Of a stretch of 64,000 nt of DNA, positions 53,622 to 64,000 are shown piece after piece. The stretch is taken from the NCBI GenBank assembly GCA_964016885.1, contig OZ024758.1, positions 15,686,001 through 15,750,000 on the forward strand, written 5' to 3'. Position 1 is the first letter of the stretch; each line of letters begins with the position of its first letter. The notes beneath the pieces were generated by a model. That model did not search any database, was not told where the DNA came from, and saw nothing but the letters and a program-made list of their open reading frames with translations. The DNA comes from Eledone cirrhosa (Eukaryota). The translations under genes were made by a program, and so were the position numbers.

Positions 53622-53743
53622 ATGAATGTGTGTGTGTATATGTATGTGTGTATGTATGCGTGTATGTGTGTGTGTGTGTAGGACTCTGGTGTAAATCAGG
53701 TGACCATTGTCAAAAAAGGTACTCAATACGTTAGTAGAGTATA

Positions 53744-54013
53744 ACCCCACTGAGGTTAACTTTGCCTTTCATCCTTACAGGGTTGATAAAATAAAGTACC
53801 AGTAATGCACTGAGATAATTGCTGGCCTTAAACAATTATACAAAATGACGTAGAAACAATTATTAATTTGATGTATAGAGTTACGGCCCTTTATGGTCTG
53901 AGTTCAAATTCCGCCGAGGTTAACTTTGCTTTCATCCTTACGGGGTTGATAAAATAAAGTACCAGTAATACACTGGGATAATTGCTGGCCTTGTGCCACA
54001 AGTAGAAACAATT
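53744..54013 (+). mobile_element. Two partial SINE family A copies (further copies at ~8520, 12070, 20135, 22020, 26500, 28645, 32213, 40790, 52343)
   Basis: Family A core motif. Confidence 0.7.
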
Positions 54014-54337
54014 ATTAATTCGGTATTCGGAATATAATTTAACAAAAGCTTCTTCCATAAAATTATGATGGAAGGTTTATATAGATATTGAGAAGTGTAC
54101 TAGAAGCCGAAGTGTACGATAATGTTATATCTGCATAAATACAGAGTGGATAACCAAAACTGCACCAATGTGTATATAAATATACATATATGTATATAAT
54201 AATAGTAATAATAATATTTAATCTATATAACATTATAAATAAGATAAGGGTAATATTGTGTATTACCCAATTATCAGTAAGATAATTAACTCAATGTAAA
54301 ATATCAGATATACTACAGGACAGAAATACACATATAC

Positions 54338-54560
54338 ATGGAGGATGACCGCTGGGTGAAGAAGTGCCAGGAAGTCCCAGTAGAGGGAAGACGCAGTAGA
54401 GGTAGACCACGAAAAACATGGACGGAGATGGTGTGAGCAGACCTCAGATCGCTGAAACTCACCGAGGAGATGATGAAGGACCGTGACAAGTGTGAAGAGA
54501 TGCTGTGCTGAATAGGACCCGTCCAACCCTTGCAAGCAGGGAAAAGCAGACATAAAATGA
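54338..54560 (+). mobile_element. RTE-clade LINE 3' end
   Basis: Near-identical to 915-1128 (RGRPRKTW, ctgaaactcaccgaggagatg, ccaacccttgcaagcaggg). Confidence 0.8.
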
Positions 54561-55486
54561 AAGCATGTAAACATGCCAGAAAATACGAATTTCTCTATAA
54601 ATTGAAAAAAATAAACATCTTTAATTGATTTTTGGACCTACATGGGCCATATATGCTTTAAATCAAACAGTTTTGTATTGCAGGACCTTGGGCAGTTCAG
54701 GTTGTTTGGTATCAAAAGGGTTAATCTTCACATTCAATAATGAAAGTATATAAAGAACAGAAGTGTTTACATTCTCGATTATATCTTCGATATCCTTCCT
54801 TGGGCCAGTGTTCACCAATTGAGCTAGAGATTGTTATTAATTTATTGTTTAACCCAGTCTAACATATAATTTACCAAAATTAAAGCATTGCTTTCAGTTT
54901 TGTCGATACCATTCTATGGACATACGGAATGAATCAAAGTACCCCGCCTCTCGAGAAACTGCGGGCCTTATGCCAAACAAATTAACATACCGGTGATACT
55001 ATGCCAAACAAATTAATATAGTGATGATCCTTTATATTATGGTCGTAACCACAAAAGAAATTACTAAGAGAAACCACCAATAATTCTTTTAATATATGTA
55101 TTTAATAATGTTTTTTGTATTGTTATAAAATATGCAATTGTATAAAATAACATAGTATTGTTTTATGGCAAGTTTTTATGTAGTTCTTTACATCCACACC
55201 AATTAACAAATATGAACTCTACTCAACTATCTGTGTTTCTTCTTTTTCCCACTCCCACTCAATTACAACTTTCAGTCTTTTTTCGTCTCCTTTTTTTAAT
55301 CCTCCAGCTTTCACCCTATAGGGACCTGGGATTTGAGATTTTTTTTGTTTATATATTATTCTAGGGTAGGTTTGGATCTCTCTGCTGAATTTCCTAAATA
55401 TTCTTTAAGAAATGGTGATGTTGCTTCAAGACAGACAAACCTTTATATTTATTATGTAGATAAAAGAAAAACAATAACTTCATTAA

Positions 55487-55671
55487 CTCTTTAGCATTTA
55501 CATTAATCTATATATACTATTGTATTTTTATGGTAAAAACATTACCTCACATAATATCGAATCTATGAGATTTTGATATTATTTATTTTGAGAACAATAC
55601 CTTAACACCAGTTTGAACAGAAAAAGGTGAGAGAATTCTGGCCGGATATGGCCGGTTTAAATGCTAAAGGG
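55487..55671. mobile_element. TTAA MITE copy (reverse)
   Basis: Family consensus, TTAA flanks. Confidence 0.8.
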
Positions 55672-56277
55672 TTAAACAATAATAAAATCATGTTATATAA
55701 TTGAAGAACTTATGTCACTAAACCATCTAAACTATAATAAAGTAAGGGGCGCGGGAATGCGTGCGGTTTATAATTTTTTATCTCCCTTAGTAAAATAAGT
55801 TGGATTACTTTGAATAAATAATGAATGAATATTACATAATTTATCTATTAAATTTCGTGACTGTTCATTAAATATATTTTATTATTTATTTAAAGATTCA
55901 CTTCTTTAAAATTTTCAAATGGCAACACTTCCGGTGGCGATTGCTTAAATAAACATTCATATATTTCCGTCACTAATTTTCTCCTAATGCAGTTTATATA
56001 TAATATCGTCTTGTTTTTAATATATCATGGATTACGTTACTGATTACATAAGACTGTGTAACACGGTCTTCGTTCAATTTCTGTGTATATTGTCAATTAC
56101 GATTTTATTTGATGTATCATATGTACATGTATATATACTTGCGTATAATATCAATATACACATCGCACATGCTAGCAGAAAACCACCCGAAGGGTGGTTT
56201 TACTGTTAGTATTTCTAATGATATACTCTATCATTTTCAATTCTTCTTCACCCATCGTAATGAATATGGAAGAGAAT

Positions 56278-57820
56278 CAGCTGTTTTGAAGTTAGACTAC
56301 TGTCACAGCTGTTTTGAAGTTAGACCTGTATCACAGCTGTTTTTGAAATTAGACCTCTATCACAGCTGTTTTGAAATCAGACCTCTATCACAGCTGTTTT
56401 GAAGTTAGACCTCTATCACAGCTGTTTTTGAAATTAGACCTCTATAAACATCTGTTTTGAAATCAGACCTCTATCACAGCTGTTTTGAAATTAGACCTGT
56501 ATCACAGCTGTTTTGAAGTTAGACTTCTATCACAGCTGTTTTGAAGTTAGACCTGTATCACAGCTGTTTTAGAAATAGACCTCTATCACAGCTGTTTTGA
56601 AATTAGACCAGTATCACAGCTGTTTTGAAGTTAGACCTGTATCACAGTTGTTTTGAAATTAGACATGTATCACAGCTGTTTTGTAGTTAGACTTGTATCA
56701 CAGCTGTTTTGAAATTAGACTAGTGCCACAGCTGTTTTGAAATTAGACATGTATCACAGCTGTTTTGTAGTTAGACTTGTATCACAGCTGTTTTGAAATT
56801 AGACTAGTACCACAGCTGTTTTGAAATTAGACCTGTATCACAGCTGTTTTGTAGTTAGGCTTGTATCACAGCTGTTTTGAAATTAGACTAGTACCACAGC
56901 TGTTTTGAAATTAGACCTCTATCGCAGCTGTTTTGAAATTAGACATGTACCACAGCTGTTTTGAAATTAGACCTGTATCACAGCTGTTTTGAAGTTAGAC
57001 TTCTATCGCAGCTGTTTTGAAGTTAGACCTGTATCACAGCTGTTTTAGAAATAGACCTGTATCACAGCTGTTTTGAAATCAGACCTGTATCACAGCTGTT
57101 TTGAAATTAGACCAGTATCACAGCTGTTTTGAAATCAGACCTGTATCACAGCTGTTTTGAAATCAGACCTGTATCACAGCTGTTTTGAAATTAGACCAGT
57201 ATCACAGCTGTTTTGAAATCAGACCTGTATCACAGCTGTTTTGAAATCAGACCTGTATCACAGCTGTTTTGAAATTAGACCAGTATCACAGCTGTTTTGA
57301 AATTAGACTAGTACCACAGCTGTTTTGAAATTAGACCTCTATCGCAGCTGTTTTGAAATTAGACATGTACCACAGCTGTTTTGAAATTAGACCTGTATCA
57401 CAGCTGTTTTGAAGTTAGACTTCTATCGCAGCTGTTTTGAAGTTAGACCTGTATCACAGCTGTTTTAGAAATAGACCTGTATCACAGCTGTTTTGAAATC
57501 AGACCTGTATCACAGCTGTTTTGAAATTAGACCAGTATCACAGCTGTTTTGAAATCAGACCTGTATCACAGCTGTTTTGAAATCAGACCTGTATCACAGC
57601 TGTTTTGAAATTAGACCAGTATCACAGCTGTTTTGAAATCAGACCTGTATCACAGCTGTTTTGAAATCAGACCTGTATCACAGCTGTTTTAGAAATAGAC
57701 CTGTATCACAGCTGTTTTGAAATTAGACCTGTATGAAATTAGACTTCTATCACAGCTGTTATGTAATTAGACCAGTATCACAGCTGATATGAAATTGGAC
57801 CTCTACCACAGCTATTTTAA
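56278..57820. repeat. 28-bp satellite, ~55 copies
   Basis: Unit cagctgttttgaaattagacctgtatca; internal 420-bp duplication. Confidence 0.95.
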
Positions 57821-58369
57821 CTGAGAGCTTTCTATGTCCCTATCCCTATGGCACCTGCATTTCCATAGACTGGTGCACTGGTGTACATATGCACACATTT
57901 CCACTTCCTGAAATAGAATATATATCGTTAAATCTTAACTACTTAACCCTGTAACAACTAAAGTAAATATGATGACCTACTTGCTATGGTTTATCATAAA
58001 ACAATAATGTCCTGTGTTGCATAGCTGGAGTTAATAGCATGCCGGGAGAAATTGTATGTTACCACAATAAGGTAATGATGAGCTTGTCTCTTTTAACAGC
58101 ACAGAGGCTCAATTACTGCAGCAAATAACATGACCTACTTGCTACAGTTTATCAGGTTTATCACCAATGATAATAATACACCATATGTGTTAGTATATAC
58201 ACTCCTCCCGCCCCCACATATATATATATATACATACGTACACATATATACACACACACACATATATATATATACCAACACATATACACACACACACATA
58301 TATATATATATACCAACACATACATATATATATACCTATACCAACACATATATATATATACCAACACAT

Positions 58370-58408
<39 letters not shown>

Positions 58409-58669
58409 CCTATACCAACACATATACACACACACACACATATATACCAACACATATACACATGCACACACATATATATATATATATATATACCAACACA
58501 TGTACATACACACATATATATTTAATTACATAATAAACAATACAATATAATTATTCCATTACTCAAGGTTTCAGGAAATTAGACAATCATTACAGACACG
58601 CCCAGCTCATTCATAGGTGAAATTGTTATATATATATACATATATACACACGTATATATATATGCTTAT

Positions 58670-58726
<57 letters not shown>

Positions 58727-58966
58727 TACAAACACACATATATATATACACACACAAATTTGTATATAAAACCACAAAATCCATATTTTATAATTGAATG
58801 CTTTATTTATTTGCTTGCAAAATAAATGTGTTTGTATGTGTATATATATAAATGTATATATATGCAGAGGTTATATTTAATTTGTTGGGATTCAACAAGC
58901 TTAAAAAATGTTTATAACTGATATAAAGCACTCAACAAGTTAGTGGAGTAAATACACAATACACTG

Positions 58967-59032
58967 TATTTTATCTGATGAAAGCGCACCATAATTTGCT
59001 TTGGTTGCCCTTGAAATATATATAATAAAATA
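58967..59032 (+). ncRNA. Type-I hammerhead ribozyme, second subfamily
   Basis: TATTTTAT-CTGATGA-AAGCGCACCA..TGGTTGCCCTT-GAAA-TATATA-TA^ATAAAATA. Confidence 0.72.
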
Positions 59033-59079
59033 AATGTGGTTTTATAAATATAGTTTCCATTTATTAATATATTGTGTAA

Positions 59080-59114
<35 letters not shown>

Positions 59115-59424
59115 CACACATGTATATACATAAAACCACAAAATCCACCGCGTATTGTTATCCAGTGCTACTACAATTAGGTACCTAGTCCATCCAGCCT
59201 GTAAGGTGGTCATGTTGATGACCCAGTCCACATGGCTGGCGTTAGGAAGACACATCCAGCTGTAGAAACCAAACCAAAATATTGACCAAGACATGGTCAC
59301 CTGACCTGAATTGTCTCATAATGTGACAACTCATCTAACCCTTGCAAGCATGGAAAAATAGACATTAAATGGTCATGATGATATATGTGTGTATGTATCA
59401 GTAACTCTTTAAAATTTACACACA

Positions 59425-59766
59425 TGGAGGCACATGGCTTAGTGGTTAGAGCATTGGCCTTGCAATCGAAAGGTTGTGAGTTCAATTCTCAGACCGAGTG
59501 ATGTGTGTTGTTTCCTTGAGCAAGACACTTTATTTCACATTACTCCAGTTTACTCAGCTGTAGAAATGAGATGATAGGGACTGGGGTCCATATCATTCCA
59601 CTGCAAAGTGGTTGTGGAGGTGCCACGGCAAAAAAGCACCCAGCACTCACTGTAAATGAGGTTGGTGTTAGGAAGGGCATCCAGCTGTAGAAATCAAGCC
59701 GAAATCAGTTCCCGTCCCACCCTTGCAAGCAGGGAAAAAGCGGACGTAAAATGAAATGATGAAAAT
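59425..59766 (+). mobile_element. SINE family B, full length, flanked by 135-bp direct repeat
   Basis: Same sequence as 46429-46800; flanks 59290-59424 and 59767-59901 are duplicated. Confidence 0.85.
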
Positions 59767-61190
59767 GACATGGTCACCTGACCTGAATTGTCTCATAATG
59801 TGACAACTCATCTAACCATTGCAAGCATGGAAAAATAGACATTAAATGGTCATGATGATAGATGTGTGTATGTATCAGTAACTCTTTAAAATTTACACAC
59901 ACTAATATATACACAATGCATTTCCTATCTCAGCCATGTTGCTACAATAAGAATTTCTAATTTCGTTTGCCAATCTAATGGTCCTGATTTCTAACCTTAT
60001 ATTTTGTCACACTCTCCAAGGTTACTTTTACATTTAATTTTGTGATAAACAGGTGAAACTCCAGAGTAACAAGAGTCACGTTTTTAGCCTTAATAATTTT
60101 GAATATATCATCATCATCATCGTTTAACGTCCGTGTTCCATGCTTGCATGGGTTTGGACGGGGGTAGTCCCACTTGAGGCAAGAGTGGTTGTCTTGCTCG
60201 CATAGGACTATCTGGCGGGTTTTCTACAGCCGGATGCCCTTCCTAACACCAACCACATTTACAGTGTGGGGCTGGGAGGTTTTTACCGTGTTGCCTACAC
60301 GGCCACATTACAGCGTGAACTGTGTGTTTTTTTGTCGTGACACCTACACGATCTCATTTGTTTCGGCCTGGATGTTGTGGCACCAACATAACTTTACATT
60401 GAAAGGGGCGGTGTGGATGGGGTGGGGGTGGTGGGGCGGGGGTGTATTTTGTTAGAGATGCCTACTGACTGTAGTAGGTTTTACTTTGTATTTAGGTAAG
60501 GCGGGTCTTCTCTATTACTGAGTACCGCCAAATATAAAACAAAAGTAATGGAGATTGCTGGTATAAATACAGTGCTCTCCAGCCAGCATCTATCTCACTC
60601 AATAAATCTGGCAAATTGCAGTTATGCAACTGCAGTCAACTGTTCAGAGTGCAAACATTTAGTTTACTGTAGACGGTTTGCTGTGTAGAGCTAGAGATTG
60701 GAGTAAATATCTCTCCTGGACGATTGTTTCTGTGTAATATATCTTTACAAATGCAGATTTTACTCCTGCAATGTTTAGAAAATCATGTCATGCCAATCCT
60801 GGACAAATTCAACAGGGATGGTCTTTTCTTTGATTCCACTAGTATTGATGAACTAGATACCAATCATTGATTAGATTCAGTGTTAATTGACTTATACATT
60901 TCCACTACAATTTCTTGTGACCATGTCCTAATCTAAGAAATCACTTGTATTTTCTTTTGTGTTCACCAAACCCTCCTGTTCCACAGGGAAAGTGCTTAGT
61001 TCTGGTTTTCATGGTTTTTAAGTTAACAGACATATTTCCACTTAAATAGGAGGTCGGTTTGTTGCAGATAAGGTTTTCACAGCAAACAATACTGAAATCT
61101 GTATGTCAAGCTAACAAAATCACTTGTCAGTCATACAGTAGACAATCTTGCAGTACATACAGCCTGATGAACTTGATTATTGAAAGTTAA

Positions 61191-61403
61191 CCCTTTAGCA
61201 TTTACATTACTCTAAATATACTATTGTATTTTCACAGTAAAGGCTTTACCTCACATAATTATCCCACATAATATTGAATCTACGAAATTTTGAGAACAAT
61301 ACTTTAACATAAGTATGAGCATCTGGTTACGGCCAGTTTGAACAGGAGGTGAGAGAATTATATGAGAAAATACAATATGCAGAGTAATGTAAATGCTAAA
61401 GTG
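61191..61403. mobile_element. TTAA MITE copy (rearranged)
   Basis: Family consensus; both ends carry the same-type TIR. Confidence 0.7.
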
Positions 61404-61671
61404 TTAAAGTATTTATTTTTATCTAAAAACCTTCCAACCATAATTTTATGTAAGAACCTGTTTTAATTATGTTCCAAACACAAGACAAATAATAAAGTTA
61501 GTTAGTTACTCCAAATCCTTGATTATTTTCAAAATTATTTGAAACACATAGGCAGTGTCTTTGTTTAGAAATATGGCCATGAAAAGGGTTAAGATGTTGA
61601 GAAAGATGGTGACAATATGAGTAGATGAAGATGAAAATATCAATTCCAGTTGTTACTTATTACAGCTCAGT

Positions 61672-62250
61672 GGATATGATCTGTGTATAGAAGATATGAT
61701 ATATATATACATAGATGATATGATCTGTATATAGATATGATATATATATATATAGATGATATGATCTGTGTATAGAAGATATGATATATATATACATGGA
61801 TGATATGATCTGTATATAGATATGATATATATATACATAGATGATATGATATGTATATAGATATGATATATATATACATAGATGATATGATCTGTATATA
61901 GATATGATATATATATATATATATATATATAGATATGATCTGTGTATAGAAGATATGATATATATATACATGGATGATATGATCTGTATATAGATATGAT
62001 ATATATATACATAGATATGATCTGTGTATAGATATGATATTTATACATAGATGATATGATCTGTGTATAGATATGATATATATATATACATAGATGATAT
62101 GATCTGTGTATAGAAGATATGATATTTATACATAGATGATATGATCTGTGTGTAGATATGATATATATATATATATATAGATGATATGATCTGTGTATAG
62201 ATATGATATATATATATATATACATAGATGATATGATCTGTGTATAGATA

Positions 62251-62283
<33 letters not shown>

Positions 62284-62342
62284 TGATATGATCTGTGTAT
62301 AGATATGATATTTATACATAGATGATATGATCTGTGTATAGA
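61672..62342. repeat. ~40-bp minisatellite with variable (TA)n
   Basis: gatgatatgatctgtgtatagatatga(ta)n units. Confidence 0.9.
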
Positions 62343-62676
62343 GATGACATGTATGCATATGTATCTGTGTGTATACCATGACTCATACACTATTCACATT
62401 CCTGACATTTGCACATTCTATACTATACATGCAACTTTGATGAGTTGTAGTGCACCTGAGCACTGTACACAATAATTTTCATTATTATTTATGATATAAT
62501 CTCTCTTCCAACGGGTCCTGTCAGAAGTAACTATCTCCAAATAATCTGATTTGATCTCCAAGCGAAACCAGCCGTGATTCAACCATCTTTGCTCAAGGTC
62601 TATTCCTGGGTCTCCTGCCAGTTGGTTTTGCCCATAAAATCTGTCCAGTGATATTCTTTCCTGAGACATTCTATAG

Positions 62677-63307
62677 CAGATGTCCCAAACCACCAGGCTG
62701 CGGGCCGGTACCAGTCCATGGATCATCTGTACTGAGCCGCAAAGAAATAATTAACTTGTTTAAAATTAAATACCATATTTCCTGTCATCAAAGATGCTAC
62801 TTTTTTCCTGAAATAAGTCTCAAAAATGTACCATGCATCCTGGAGTGTTTATTATTTTCTTTTCAAATTTTGGGTGTCTCCTTGAGGACGAAGCGTCTTC
62901 GGCGCCAGGAAATACCATAATAGATAAATTGAATATTGGACTTTAATTTAAAGATTTGTTTAAATATTCAATATTCATCTACTTTAATAAATTGCTCTTT
63001 TTATCGAAATGCACTTAACCCTTTAGCATTCACATTACTCTATATATACTATTATATTTTCATGGTAAAGGCTTTACCTCACATAATATCAAATCTATGA
63101 AATTTTGAAAGAATTTATTTTGAGAACAATACCTTAACATCAGTATGAGTGGCCAGATACAGCCAGTCTCAACAGAAAGAGGTAGAATAATTCTGGCCGG
63201 TTTGAACATTAAAGGGTTAAATAACACATATGTGCAAACACCGGTCTGCGGAAAGATTGTCTGACATGAAACCAGTCTGTGGTATAAAAAGAAGTTGGAG
63301 ACCACTG
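62677..63307. mobile_element. hAT/Charlie (MER1-like) non-autonomous element containing a TTAA MITE (63019-63216)
   Basis: CAGATGTCCCAAACC..GCGGGCCGGTACCAGTCC left end; CCGGTCTGCGGAAAGATTGTCT..GAAACCAGTC..AAGTTGGAGACCACTG right end. Confidence 0.65.
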
Positions 63308-63670
63308 CTATATAAGAGTTTCCATATTGAACATTTTCTTCAACCCTGATTTAAATAACAGTAATAATTCAATAAAGCCTTTTTTGTGATACATCAAAGA
63401 TTTAATGTTGACAAAAAAAGAAAAGAAAAAAAACTGAAATAATAAATAAACGAAATGTTTGTACTTTAATCGGTGTAACTGAGTCATTTAGGATATGATG
63501 TATTTTTTATTTTTAAATATATTTATTATTTTATGTTAAGTTCTTTATTTATTTAACAATGTCATGTATTAGTATTAGTACAATAGTGTTATGTTGCCAA
63601 GTTATTTAGCATTTCAAGCATATATATATATATATATGTATATATATGTGTGTGTAAACACACACACACA

Positions 63671-63741
<71 letters not shown>

Positions 63742-63877
63742 GTGTATATATGTATATATATATGTTGCCTATGTATTCTATTTCTCTGCCAGAATTTAGA
63801 ATTTAATTAGAAGATGGGAAGAAGTTTATAAGGAAGTATAAAAATTTGTTTGTTGTGTGTGTGCATACATGTATATG

Positions 63878-63926
<49 letters not shown>

Positions 63927-63945
63927 ATGTGTGTGTGCATATATG

Positions 63946-64000
<55 letters not shown>

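Noticed and set aside
56278-57820. Possible CRISPR array (28-bp repeats)
   Set aside because: Head-to-tail units with no unique spacers, no cas genes, eukaryotic context.
51308-64000. SHPK exon 2 (expected GFP..LLP-like peptide)
   Set aside because: Not found by eye; probably beyond the window, though a short exon could have been missed.

Overview
AT-rich, repeat-saturated animal genomic DNA; the SINE/MITE/(TA)n make-up suggests a coleoid cephalopod (octopus-like), which is an inference. There are two divergently oriented host genes. On the minus strand is a two-exon TRIM-NHL E3 ligase (RING, B-box1, B-box2, coiled coil, NHL; exons 39828-39303 and 19671-18191, ~668 aa, 19.6 kb intron). On the plus strand is the first coding exon of sedoheptulokinase (SHPK, 50547-51307; later exons not found in the window). 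The rest is transposons and tandem repeats: a decayed CRE-clade RLE retrotransposon split into opposite orientations, RTE and CR1/L2 3' ends, two tRNA-derived SINE families, ~20 copies of a TTAA/piggyBac-type MITE, Helitron-, hAT- and mariner-like non-autonomous elements, a 6.3 kb (TA)n-based satellite and several minisatellites. The most notable unannotated signal is a set of type-I hammerhead ribozymes of the Penelope/retrozyme kind, carried by (TA)n-embedded fold-back elements. Two complete copies lie on the SHPK sense strand downstream of exon 1 (one ~100 nt past the donor), and one lies sense to the TRIM gene downstream of its stop. One SINE is flanked by a 135-bp direct repeat.
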